Position numbers and translations under genes: made by a program
Shown: positions 25,001-33,908 of the stretch, in pieces
How the letters are laid out: each line of letters opens with the position of its first letter
Numbering within the stretch: position 1 is the stretch's first letter
Notes under the pieces: model-generated
What the model was told of the DNA's origin: nothing
The model's database searches: none
What the model saw: the letters and a program-made list of their open reading frames with translations, nothing else
Assembly (NCBI GenBank): GCA_033763895.1
Contig: JANRJQ010000014.1
Span: forward strand, 68,926-132,925
Source of the DNA: Chloroherpetonaceae bacterium
GTDB taxonomy: Bacteria > Bacteroidota > Chlorobiia > Chlorobiales > Thermochlorobacteraceae
Direction of reading: 5' to 3'
DNA: 64,000 nucleotides

Positions 25001-28000
25001 GAAGCCGGCGAGGTATCGGTAAAGGTTCCGGGATTATAGGGCAATGAAGGCACAATGAGATAAAAGGGCGTCGGGTTACCGGAAATATCGAGCGTCGTGA
25101 GTGATGTACTGTTTGCCACATCCAAAAAATTGATTTGCGTAATCCTGCAGTCTAAGAAAGTTAGGCCGGTTAACCCAGAAACATCCAAAGCGGTAATCGG
25201 GCAATCCCAACACTGAATGGTTGTGAGTGTGCTTGTATTGGGGAGCGTGAGGGTCGTTAGTGAAGGGCATTGTGCACCATCAAGGGTGACGAGCGCCGTA
25301 TTCGCAGATAAATCAAGAGATGTAATTCCGGTTCCATAGCACCCCAAAATTTCAAGATTTGGGTACCCACTTACATCCAATGATGTGATATTACTATTTC
25401 CTCCGCAAGATAATTCACGAAGTGAATCGTTAGGTGTGGGAAGGGTCAATGAGGTTAAAGTTAAACTTGAACCTTGATTATTACATCCAATTCGGGTGAG
25501 TTTTGTATTCAGTGAAAGATTAAGTGTTGAAATGTTATTGGATGAACAAAAAAGTTGCGTGAGTTCAAGATTATTACTGACATCAAGAGCGGTAAGGGCA
25601 TTCTGCCCAACCGATAATTGATCGAGGTTCGTGAGATTGGAAACATCAATCGTCGTTAAAAGTGGATTTCGAAATGCCAGTAAAAGTGTGATTGCTGACG
25701 CTTGTGAGACATCGATAGTCGCGAGATTTGGGCAGTCGCCGCTTATAAGAGAATTTAATACTGGCGCATTCGGGGCAAGGCTTGTGATTGCGGTTTCGCT
25801 CACATTTAAGATTGTAAGCGAATTCGCCGGTGAAGGCAATGTAATTGTCGCAAGCAAAGGATTGCCGGCGCATTCTAATGTGCTAAGAGCGACTTGACCT
25901 GAGACATCTAATGATGTTAAGTTGTTTCCAAATAAATTAATCGCGGTCAGTGAAGTAATTGAAGATAAACCGTCAATTGTAGCGATATCACAAGAAGACC
26001 CGTTAATAAATTCGAGCGAGGTACACCCAGTGATATTTAATGTTGCCAAGCTAGGATTACTTTGGCAATTAAGTGTTTGGAGATTAGTTAATCCTGAGAC
26101 ATTTAATGTAGTTAAAGAATTCACTTCTAAAATCAGAGTAACCAATCCCGTAAAGGCTTCTATTCCGGTTAAGTCACTAATGCCCAAACTTCCAAGATAT
26201 AATTCGGTAATTCCTGCCGCAAAAGCTGGATTGGTAATATTATTCGAAACATCAAAGGTTACCCCTAAAGTAATGAGAGCGTTTCTAAAATTCGCATCAG
26301 GAACATTCGGACCGACTGCTACAACATTGTTAAGAACCACAGAGACAGTACTAATAAAATTAGCGGTAAGGAAATCAGGCTTACCGTCTAAATTCACATC
26401 GCCAATCGCCACATTTTGAGGAGCCGTACCCACGCTAATCTCTGTGCTACCCGAAAATCCGCCTGCGCCGTCGCCGAGCCGTACCGAAACGGTGTTGTCA
26501 CTGACGTTTGAGGCGAGAAAATCTGGCTTACCATCCAAATTCACATCGCTAATCACCACGCTTCGCGGACCCGTGCCCACACTAATCTCTGTGCTACCCG
26601 AAAATCCGCCTGTGCCATCGCCGAGCCGGACTGAGACATTGTTGCCAGTTGGATTGGCAGTGAGAAAATCGGGTTTGCCGTCCAAATCGACATCGCCAAT
26701 CGCTATGCTGAAGGGGTTCGAGCCGACGCCGATGTCGGTGCTACCCGAAAATCCACCCGTGCCGTCGCCGAGCCGCACCGAGACTGTGTTACTCGCATCA
26801 TTCGCAGTAAGAAAGTCGGGTTTGCCGTCTAAATTCACATCGCCAATTGTAACGCTGTTTGGAAGCTCTCCAAGGCTTACGCTACTCGCAGTGCCAAAGG
26901 GATTTAGTGCAACGCTCGTTGTATTGAGCAACACCCCAACATTATCACTGTTCAGGTTAGCGGTTAAAATATCGGGTTTGCCATCTGAATTGACATCGGC
27001 GACAAAGATTCCATAAGGGCCGCTCACGACGCCAATGTTGGTTGAGCCTGTAAAGTTACCCGTGCCGTCGCCTTGCCGAACAGAGACGGTATTGTTTCCG
27101 AAATTTGCCGTAATAATATCTGGCTGTCCATCTAGGTTGACATCATCAACGAAGAACTTATTTATTGATGAGCCGACACTGATTTCAGTTGTGCCGCTGA
27201 AACCGCCGGTGCCGTCGCCAAGCCTCACTGAGACAGTGTTAGAACCGTTGTTTGCTGTAAGAAAGTCTAAATTCCCGTCATTGTTAATATCTTTCACAAA
27301 CACACTTCTTGGAATAAGCCCAACAGAGATGTTGGTTGAGCCGGTGAAATTACCCGTGCCGTCACCAAGCCGCACCGAGACGTTGTCACTTGATTGATTC
27401 GCGGTAAGAAAATCTAAATCGCCGTCATGATTCACATCCGCAACATAAATGCTGAAAGGCGCTGTGCCAACGATGATATTGGTTGAGCCGGTGAAATCGC
27501 CTGTGCCGTCGCCAAGCCTCACTGAGACCGTGTTACTTGATGCATTCGCAGTAAGAAAGTCTAAATTGCCGTCATGATTGACATCCGCCAAGTATATGCT
27601 GCGTGGAGCAGAACCAACGCCAATGTTGGTTGATCCGGAGAAATCGCCCGTGCCGTCACCTAAGCGCACCGAGACATTGCTACCGCTTGTATTCGCCGTC
27701 AGCAAGTCTAAATTGCCGTCATGATTGACATCCTCCACATAAACATCGCGAGGGCCCGAACCAACGCTGATATTGGTTGAGCCGCTGAAACCTCCAGCGC
27801 CATCGCCAAGACGCACAGAGACAGTGTTGCCAGCAAAATTTGCCGTGAGAAAATCAGGTCGCCCGTCATGATTCACATCTGCCACAAATACGGCATTCGG
27901 TTGACTCCCAACACCCACATAGGTTGGGGCTGAAAAGGACGGTGTTTGTGCAGTGGCAATCGAGGCGAAGGATAAAAAAAGAAAAAGGAGCGATAAAAAT

Positions 28001-28008
28001 TTATTCAT
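22078..28008 (-). CDS. Giant T9SS-sorted adhesin: 11 FG-GAP/VCBS-type repeats, three LRR modules and a T9SS C-terminal domain
   Basis: Start set to the ATG at 28008 (MNKFLSLLFLFLSFASIATAQ). There are 49-aa repeats (DVNxDGxxDFLTANxxxNTVSVRLGDGTGxFxGST). Three LRR modules each open with VPD(A/E)NFR. The C-terminus reads NPFNPSTTIRYQI...GIYFYAIRSGKNTATKKMMLVK. Confidence 0.9.
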   Translation of the reverse strand: MNKFLSLLFLFLSFASIATAQTPSFSAPTYVGVGSQPNAVFVADVNHDGRPDFLTANFAGNTVSVRLGDGAGGFSGSTNISVGSGPRDVYVEDVNHDGNLDLLTANTSGSNVSVRLGDGTGDFSGSTNIGVGSAPRSIYLADVNHDGNLDFLTANASSNTVSVRLGDGTGDFTGSTNIIVGTAPFSIYVADVNHDGDLDFLTANQSSDNVSVRLGDGTGNFTGSTNISVGLIPRSVFVKDINNDGNLDFLTANNGSNTVSVRLGDGTGGFSGTTEISVGSSINKFFVDDVNLDGQPDIITANFGNNTVSVRQGDGTGNFTGSTNIGVVSGPYGIFVADVNSDGKPDILTANLNSDNVGVLLNTTSVALNPFGTASSVSLGELPNSVTIGDVNLDGKPDFLTANDASNTVSVRLGDGTGGFSGSTDIGVGSNPFSIAIGDVDLDGKPDFLTANPTGNNVSVRLGDGTGGFSGSTEISVGTGPRSVVISDVNLDGKPDFLASNVSDNTVSVRLGDGAGGFSGSTEISVGTAPQNVAIGDVNLDGKPDFLTANFISTVSVVLNNVVAVGPNVPDANFRNALITLGVTFDVSNNITNPAFAAGITELYLGSLGISDLTGIEAFTGLVTLILEVNSLTTLNVSGLTNLQTLNCQSNPSLATLNITGCTSLEFINGSSCDIATIDGLSSITSLTAINLFGNNLTSLDVSGQVALSTLECAGNPLLATITLPSPANSLTILNVSETAITSLAPNAPVLNSLISGDCPNLATIDVSQASAITLLLAFRNPLLTTIDVSNLTNLDQLSVGQNALTALDVSNNLELTQLFCSSNNISTLNLSLNTKLTRIGCNNQGSSLTLTSLTLPTPNDSLRELSCGGNSNITSLDVSGYPNLEILGCYGTGITSLDLSANTALVTLDGAQCPSLTTLTLPNTSTLTTIQCWDCPITALDVSGLTGLTFLDCRITQINFLDVANSTSLTTLDISGNPTPFYLIVPSLPYNPGTFTDTSPASIKYLGSDLEVPDANFRTALIAEGVTFNMSNRVTNLPFVAGINELDVSDSNILDLTGIKLFTGLITLYCDYNYLTTLDLSGNTSLGVLGCDVNLLTSLDLSMLPSLQLLYCSGNALTSLDLSNNPLLQTLSCQVNSITSLDLSANTALIEVYAHDNDLTTLTLPSTSTLGTLFCAGNSLNTLDVSSNSNLSNLRCSANLLTSLDVSSNANLTYLDCSLNDLTTLTLNNPNLTFLACGDNDLTSIDVSTLTALNDLRCPNNLLPSLDVSSNTALTYLDFGTNPIISIDVSMLSALTLLYGNNTDLTTLDLTGNPNLVTLRCSESNIASVNLTGLSSLSDLRIQYNALTTLNLTDNTTLQLVDCSFNSLTSLTLPSTSTLTNLICNDNPLTTLDLSPATGLIELACFNNQLTELDITPNTVLESLDIQGNPTPFFLTVSALPFPSGSVTTFFDTAPASYKIGPREVPDENFRNKLAADYGITFDGANFITNPSAAAAITDLSLGFSGIVNSTGLEAFVRLESINIGDNSLTTLVTSGNPFLRVLDCHENQITSLDLSQNPLLEEIYCYDNQLTELDLSDLPLLNRLNCEFNLLNVLNTGANPLLDNLRAEDNPLAIVLTADPAPTTLQVDFGTITDFLRSEIINPTILDGQTGGFIIGKTGAIIRVAINSNGGDIPLTTFAGVSPTINGSLPLGVPGISADKYWSLTTPSYTMNFDLVLDLTPITGVTNISTLQLLRRDDETAFWESVNDYGFVIFDFKGNYMIAKNMSLLGEFAIGTLGDNPLPVELTSFTAKATETKISLQWATASERDNQGYVLKRALTESGPYETIADFRTHPALRGAGNASVGKSYQYEDERSLKPGTMYHYKLYDVSYSGVATEHKPISVRTPYQFSLDQNYPNPFNPSTTIRYQIAEAGAVVLKVYDILGREVQTLVNERKEAGQYEARFNASQLSSGIYFYAIRSGKNTATKKMMLVK
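26325..27879 (-). repeat. Intragenic 147-bp tandem repeats (FG-GAP units) within the adhesin gene
   Basis: Eleven units counted in the protein (aa 66-583 of the tracked ORF). Boundaries are approximate. Confidence 0.8.
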
Positions 28009-28177
28009 AAAATGAAATTTGTTGCACTTTTGTTGGTTTCTTGATATATCAATATAGAATAATTTCAACTCCATAAATGCCGTTTTTTTCGAAACTTGAC
28101 ACTTTTTTAGCGCAAGTTGTTTGCATTATCTCATTTTCACCAACCCTTTTTCAATGGGTTATTGATCATTTCCAGTC

Positions 28178-30661
28178 TTGAAAGACTTTCATACACCTAT
28201 TACACGACCTACTTCACAAATTATTCAACCGCCCCACACACCGCTTGAAACTTGGTTTCACAAGCAGGGGTGGAAGCCGCTTCCTTTTCAAACACAAGCG
28301 TGGGAAGCCTATCATGCGGGGAAAAGCGGTGTAGTTTCTGTAGCAACAGGCTCCGGAAAAACCTATTCCATTTTTCTTGCGGCAGCACTGAAAGCCTCTT
28401 CAAAAGTTACCGCCCCGGGGCTAAAGATTTTATACATTACCCCGCTTCGCGCGCTTTCGCGCGATATTGAGCGTGCGCTCAAACGCCCAATTGAAGAACT
28501 CGGATGGCCGCTCACAGTCATGTCGCGCACCGGCGATACCGGTGCCTCGCAAAGGCAAAAGCAAAAAACACGCCTCCCTGAAATTTTGATTACCACGCCT
28601 GAATCGCTCTCGATCTTGCTTTCCTATCCCAATGCAGAAATCGCCTTTGCCGGGCTGCAATGCACCATTATTGATGAATGGCACGAACTCTTAAGTTCCA
28701 AACGCGGGGTTCAAACCGAGCTTTGTCTTTCTGCATTAAGAATGCTCGCACCCAATATGCAAACGTGGGGGCTTTCAGCAACGATCGGCAATCTGAGCGA
28801 AGCGGCGCAAACCCTTGTCGGCTCGGGCAATCCCTATACCATAATTCAATCGGAGGAATCAAGGAAAATTCATGTTCACACGCTTCTGCCCGAAAGCACC
28901 GATAGCTTTCCGTGGGCAGGGCACTTGGGGCTTGTCATGCTGCCTGAACTCCTAAAAACATTGGAGATTAAAACATCGACTCTTCTTTTCACCAACACAC
29001 GAAATCAAGCCGAGCGGTGGTATCAAGAGCTTAGTGCGGCACTTCCAAAATTCTTTCACAAGATGGCTCTTCATCACGGCAGTATCGACCGCGAAGAGCG
29101 CGAGCGCATCGAAACGGGTGTGAAACTCGGTGTCATCAAATGGGTGGTTTGTACATCGTCGCTCGATTTAGGGGTGGACTTTGCGCCCGTTGAACGTGTG
29201 GTACAAATTGGCTCCGCAAAAGGTTTTGCACGATTGATGCAGCGCGCCGGTCGCTCAGGGCATCAACCCGGAAAGACCTCAGAGATTTTATTTGTGCCCA
29301 CCAATGCGCTTGAAATTTTAGAAGTTGGGGCATATCGCCACGCGCTTCAAGAACGGGAAATTGAATCACGCGTGCCGCTAAAGAAACCTTATGATTGCCT
29401 CATTCAGCATCTTGTTACACTTGCATGTGGGGATGGGTTCGATGAAAGCGCAGTGCTAAATGCCATACGAAAAACGCATGCGTACGAAAGCCTTACCGAT
29501 GAAGAATTTCGATGGTGCCTTGAATTCATTACTACCGGCGGGCGATCTCTCCAAAAGTACACCGAGTATAAAAAAGTAGTATTTGATATGGGGCGATGGC
29601 GAATCGCGACCCCGCGGCTTGCACGGCTTCACCGAATGAGTATCGGCACAATTCTCTCGACGCCTTCAATGACGGTAAAATTTCAACGCGGAAAGCCCTT
29701 AGGCACCGTTGAAGAAAGTTTTATCGCAAAGCTCAAAGAAGGCGATGCGTTCTTCTTTGCAGGAAAAATGTTGGAACTTGTGACGGTGAAAGACTTGAAC
29801 GCCATCGTGAAACTCGCGTCGAAAAATTCATCGATTGCGCCATCGTGGGCAGGAGGACGGTTGCCGATTTCCCCTTCACTCAGTGCGTTTTTGCGAAAAG
29901 AACTTGCCTCACCTACCGGCTCACTCACCGAAGCGGAACGAACGGCACTCAAGCCAATATTCGACGCGCAACGGCGTTATTCACAAATTCCAAACGAGCG
30001 GGAGGTGCTGATGGAGCTATGCAGTTCAAAGGAAGGGCGGCATCTTTTTGTCTTCCCGTTTGAAGGGCGGTTTGTTCACGAGGGAATCGCGGCACTATGG
30101 TCTTTTCGTTTTGCCGAAGTGCTTAAAGGGACATTCAATTTCGCCTTTAATGATTACGGATTTGAGATTTTAGGCCCTCACGATTATCCGTTTCAGGAGC
30201 TTTTTTCGGCGCATTTTCTGGCTACCGAGCGGCTTGGCGAGGAAATTGAGCGCAGTTTGAATATGGCGGAATTGGCGAACCGGCAGTTTCGGGGAATTGC
30301 GCAAGTCGCGGGGCTCGTCTTTAATGGCTACCCGGGCGAAAAGCGCGCTCAGCGGCAGTTGCAGGCGAGTTCGCAGTTGCTTTTTCGTGTCTTTAATGAT
30401 TACGACTCGGAGAGTTTATTGCTGAAACAGGCACGGCAAGAGGTTTTGGAACAGCAGTTGGAGAAATCGCGCTTAGAGGCGTGTTTGGAGCGAATGAAAA
30501 ACAGCCGTTTGATTTTTCAAGAAACCGAGAGGCCTTCGCCTTTAGCCTTTCCGTTGATGATTGAGCGGTTGGGAACGATGCGCGGGAGTCTTTCGAATGA
30601 AACCTCGCTTGAGATTGTTGAGCGGCTGAAGCGCGAATTCAGCGCGGGGAAAAGGGGCTAA
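28178..30661 (+). CDS. Ligase-associated DNA damage response DExH-box helicase (Lhr-core-like)
   Basis: 827 aa with motif I VATGSGKTYS and motif II IIDEWHEL. The size and the neighbourhood with the ligase and exonuclease fit the family. The tracked start is a TTG and is uncertain. Confidence 0.8.
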   Translation: MKDFHTPITRPTSQIIQPPHTPLETWFHKQGWKPLPFQTQAWEAYHAGKSGVVSVATGSGKTYSIFLAAALKASSKVTAPGLKILYITPLRALSRDIERALKRPIEELGWPLTVMSRTGDTGASQRQKQKTRLPEILITTPESLSILLSYPNAEIAFAGLQCTIIDEWHELLSSKRGVQTELCLSALRMLAPNMQTWGLSATIGNLSEAAQTLVGSGNPYTIIQSEESRKIHVHTLLPESTDSFPWAGHLGLVMLPELLKTLEIKTSTLLFTNTRNQAERWYQELSAALPKFFHKMALHHGSIDREERERIETGVKLGVIKWVVCTSSLDLGVDFAPVERVVQIGSAKGFARLMQRAGRSGHQPGKTSEILFVPTNALEILEVGAYRHALQEREIESRVPLKKPYDCLIQHLVTLACGDGFDESAVLNAIRKTHAYESLTDEEFRWCLEFITTGGRSLQKYTEYKKVVFDMGRWRIATPRLARLHRMSIGTILSTPSMTVKFQRGKPLGTVEESFIAKLKEGDAFFFAGKMLELVTVKDLNAIVKLASKNSSIAPSWAGGRLPISPSLSAFLRKELASPTGSLTEAERTALKPIFDAQRRYSQIPNEREVLMELCSSKEGRHLFVFPFEGRFVHEGIAALWSFRFAEVLKGTFNFAFNDYGFEILGPHDYPFQELFSAHFLATERLGEEIERSLNMAELANRQFRGIAQVAGLVFNGYPGEKRAQRQLQASSQLLFRVFNDYDSESLLLKQARQEVLEQQLEKSRLEACLERMKNSRLIFQETERPSPLAFPLMIERLGTMRGSLSNETSLEIVERLKREFSAGKRG

Positions 30662-30697
30662 GGATATCGTAATTTGATTTCTAAAAAATCGAATCGT

Positions 30698-31402
30698 TTA
30701 CTTCTTCTTCACGATTCTTGTCACAAACACCACATGACTCCAATCATCTTTCTTCTTTTCAATATGCTTGGTGGCTTTGAAATTCTTTGAGGCCACTTCA
30801 TATTGGAGTAGAGTCGATTTAACCCATTTTGGTTTAATGGTTAGCCCTTGGTCTTGCCAATGATCTTCGTCAAAATTGTAGAGCAATTGCTTTTCAAGTT
30901 TGGGTACTTTCCCTGCAACATTCCAAATTTGAATTCGGCTAAGCAGATCGGGGTTTTGTGGGTAAAATGAAAAGGTGGCTAATCTTCGTTTATCGGGAGA
31001 GATTATTGGGAGAACATCAAACATCATTTTATTGCCATTGTCTTTTCGAACCAAGAGGTACTGGCGGCGTTCTTTGTTTCTGAATTGAAAGGCGAAGCAA
31101 TTGATAGACGGGAGAAAATCATAAAAGTAGTAGGCTTCACCGGCTTCATCTTTTGAGACCAATTCAATCTCTTCTTTATTTCTGAGAGTTACGACTAACG
31201 TTTGAGCGTCTCTTCGTGAAACAAATTTTCCAAACCTTTTTAATTGATATTCTTCGATGTAAGCGGCCTTTTCATCAAGATCGGTAAGATGCTTGCCGAG
31301 CGTATCCATCACGGCCACTTTGCTTTTCTTCGCTTTTTGTGCGAAGGTCTCGTGTGGTAATGTCAGCAGAATGAAAAAACAAATCAATAAAAGTCGAACC
31401 AT
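30698..31402 (-). CDS. Secreted hypothetical protein
   Basis: Start moved to the Met giving MVRLLLICFFILLTLPHETFAQ (signal peptide). No family recognised. Confidence 0.5.
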   Translation of the reverse strand: MVRLLLICFFILLTLPHETFAQKAKKSKVAVMDTLGKHLTDLDEKAAYIEEYQLKRFGKFVSRRDAQTLVVTLRNKEEIELVSKDEAGEAYYFYDFLPSINCFAFQFRNKERRQYLLVRKDNGNKMMFDVLPIISPDKRRLATFSFYPQNPDLLSRIQIWNVAGKVPKLEKQLLYNFDEDHWQDQGLTIKPKWVKSTLLQYEVASKNFKATKHIEKKKDDWSHVVFVTRIVKKK

Positions 31403-31535
31403 AGTCGATAAATAGTTTTGGATGATAGTGATGCTGACTGCCGAAGGTTTTTTAGGGAAACTGCCTTTACCTCGATCCGGATACAACGATGATAATGTAT
31501 GTTTGTAAAGGAATCTAAGGGAAAATTTTACAATC

Positions 31536-33179
31536 TCAAAATAGTTTCATGAGCGCCTTTGCTTCAACAAGCGAATCTGCCTCACCCGCCGATTTATCTA
31601 ACCGCCATCTCAAGATACGAGGAAAGCGAACCGCGATGCCTGATTTATGCCGTTTTGATGGGCCAATACCTTCAAAGGCAATTTCAAAAACCTGCAACGG
31701 TTCTACGGCTCTCGCCGGCCCGAAACGCTCTTTGGTATTGGCGCGAATCCATTTATCCAATTCGCGAATCTCGTCATTCGAAAGTCCGGAATACGCTTTT
31801 GCAAAAGTGACATGCTCGGTTTTTGCTTCGTTCCAAAGTGCAAAGGTATAGTCGGTAAAAAGCCCCGCTCGCCCTCCCCGACCTGCTTGGGCATAAATGA
31901 GCACGGCATCGAGTGTCATTGGTTTTACTTTGTACTTCCACCAATCGCCGCGCTTTCTTCCAAAGAGATATGCCGAGTTTTTGCGCTTGAGCATCAAGCC
32001 TTCCGCTTTTTCTTCCTTAGCCCGAAGCCATAGCGCATGCAAGGCTTCAATCGTGGCAAATTTAAGCAACGGCGAAAGTTGCAACCTCGGATGTTGCATT
32101 GAATGCGCTACAATAATTTCTTCAAGCAGTTTTCGCCGTTCGATAAAAACATTTTGCCGAACATCCTTTCCCTCCCACTCAAGACAGTCGTAGGCGATAA
32201 ACGCGGCGGGTGAATCTTTCAAATCGGCAGGGCGAATTTTCTTGCGCGAAATGCGGGTTTGAAGTTGTTGGAATGGTCGTATGGCGCCTTCGCGCCACAC
32301 CACCACTTCGCCGTCGAGCACCGTTCCGCTTGGTAAGGCTTCACCAAGCGAGGCGAAATCGGGAAAGTTTTGGGTGAGCAAATTACCATCGCGCGACCAC
32401 AATGCCCACGCATTGCCGCGCTTCACCAATTGCCCGCGAATGCCATCCCACTTCCACTCTGCCGCAAAATCAAGCGGATTCTCCGTTTCAAATTCTTTAA
32501 GATCAAGCGGGCTTGCAAGATAAAACGGGTAAGGTGTCAGGTGCTCCGTACTTGGGATTTTCAAGGAGTGAAGAAACGACGCGCGCGGCTCAAAGTCGCC
32601 GAATAGCCGCTCCGCTACAAGCGCTTCATCGACCTCATACGCCTCAGCAAGCGCTCGCTGAATCAGGGTTTCAACGCCAATCCGAAACCCTCCGGTGATG
32701 AGTTTATTGAGCACAAAACACTCGCGTTGAGAACGCCCAGCCCACCACGCTGCAAGCGTTTCGGCTCGCCGGGCTTCGGTTTGCTTGGCAAGTGCTGGGA
32801 TTCTTTCTTCCATCCACACGGCAAGACTTTCTTCTTCAGTGGATTTCGTGGGTGATATTTGAGCGAAATCGGCGCCTCTTTGGCTTACCGTTTGAAGCAA
32901 GAGAGAAATCATTTCGGCGGTATCCCCTACGGCGGCCTGACATTCGTCGATAAGCCAAGATGGCATTGGAATTTCTTTGGCAGACATTACCAATAGAAAA
33001 CAGGTCAATAAGTCACGCGAGGTGAGCACGCGTTTGTGGCGTTTGCCTAAGAAAAGATAGACCGCCCACGCGGCATCTTGCTCCGTGACGGAGAGAAGAT
33101 AGGCTTTGAGGAGTGCGGTTTTCTCTTTGGTGGAGGTGGTGGCATCTAAGCGGTCAATGAGTTCAGCGAAGCGGCGCAA
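31536..33179 (-). CDS. ATP-dependent DNA ligase
   Basis: 547 aa with the adenylation motif EWKWDGIRGQ (KxDG), plus later EGLMLK and WWKYK motifs. Confidence 0.9.
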   Translation of the reverse strand: MRRFAELIDRLDATTSTKEKTALLKAYLLSVTEQDAAWAVYLFLGKRHKRVLTSRDLLTCFLLVMSAKEIPMPSWLIDECQAAVGDTAEMISLLLQTVSQRGADFAQISPTKSTEEESLAVWMEERIPALAKQTEARRAETLAAWWAGRSQRECFVLNKLITGGFRIGVETLIQRALAEAYEVDEALVAERLFGDFEPRASFLHSLKIPSTEHLTPYPFYLASPLDLKEFETENPLDFAAEWKWDGIRGQLVKRGNAWALWSRDGNLLTQNFPDFASLGEALPSGTVLDGEVVVWREGAIRPFQQLQTRISRKKIRPADLKDSPAAFIAYDCLEWEGKDVRQNVFIERRKLLEEIIVAHSMQHPRLQLSPLLKFATIEALHALWLRAKEEKAEGLMLKRKNSAYLFGRKRGDWWKYKVKPMTLDAVLIYAQAGRGGRAGLFTDYTFALWNEAKTEHVTFAKAYSGLSNDEIRELDKWIRANTKERFGPARAVEPLQVFEIAFEGIGPSKRHKSGIAVRFPRILRWRLDKSAGEADSLVEAKALMKLF

Positions 33180-33181
33180 AG

Positions 33182-33574
33182 TTATTTGATTTGACTTGCA
33201 AAGGGATTGAGGAGTTTAAGCTTTGGAATCGCTTCAAAGTCCCTTTCATTTCTGGTTATCAGGGTTGATTCTGTGAATAAAGCAGAAGCGGCAATGATGC
33301 TATCTCCCAATTTCATTTTCTTTTTGCGGCGAAGTTGAATGGTAAGATCTTCGATTTGCTTATTAATAGGAATCGCAAAAAATTGGTTGAGCAAGTTATT
33401 TAGAAGTATCTCATCGTGCTTCGTTGCTAAAGGAAATGACAATATTTCAATACGTGTTACTCGTGAGTAAAAACATTCATTATTGTTAAGGAATGCTAAG
33501 GCGAAAAAAGGTAATACTTCAGGTTCTTTTGCAGTCGCATAAATAAAAATGTTAGTATCAAATAAATACTTCAT
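33182..33574 (-). CDS. vapC: PIN-domain toxin VapC
   Basis: MKYLFDTNIFIY...LGDSIIAASA...LITRNERDF, carrying the PIN acidic residues. Its stop lies 2 nt before the ligase start. Confidence 0.85.
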   Translation of the reverse strand: MKYLFDTNIFIYATAKEPEVLPFFALAFLNNNECFYSRVTRIEILSFPLATKHDEILLNNLLNQFFAIPINKQIEDLTIQLRRKKKMKLGDSIIAASALFTESTLITRNERDFEAIPKLKLLNPFASQIK

Positions 33575-33759
33575 TCTTCATTTCTTAATTCTTTCAAATA
33601 CTGGAGTATTTCTTCTTTTCTATCTTCAAACATTCCAAAAGTCTTTTCAACATGAGAATAATCAATCTTCTTTTTCTTTTCGATGTTCTTAGGCTTTTTA
33701 ACGACAGCGGATTCGTTCTTCACCTTTCTGACTTTTACCGGTGATTTGATTTGATTCAT
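33571..33759 (-). CDS. Putative VapB-type antitoxin
   Basis: 62-aa ORF overlapping vapC by 4 nt. No domain recognised. Confidence 0.5.
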   Translation of the reverse strand: MNQIKSPVKVRKVKNESAVVKKPKNIEKKKKIDYSHVEKTFGMFEDRKEEILQYLKELRNEE

Positions 33760-33908
33760 AATTCTTTAAAAATTATTGAAGCTTATTTGATACATATTCA
33801 CATGAAAACATTACAATTATTCCAAATGATTACCAAATTTAGAGTTTTTTTCAGAGCTAAGGCTGATTTCTATTCGATTCAAAAAGAATTTCTTTCACTG
33901 GAATTTTC

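Noticed and set aside
25922-27397. Plus-strand ORFs of 165, 190 and 120 aa with PSPSRTETV-type repeats
   Set aside because: They are mirror-frame artefacts of the FG-GAP repeat region of the giant minus-strand adhesin gene.
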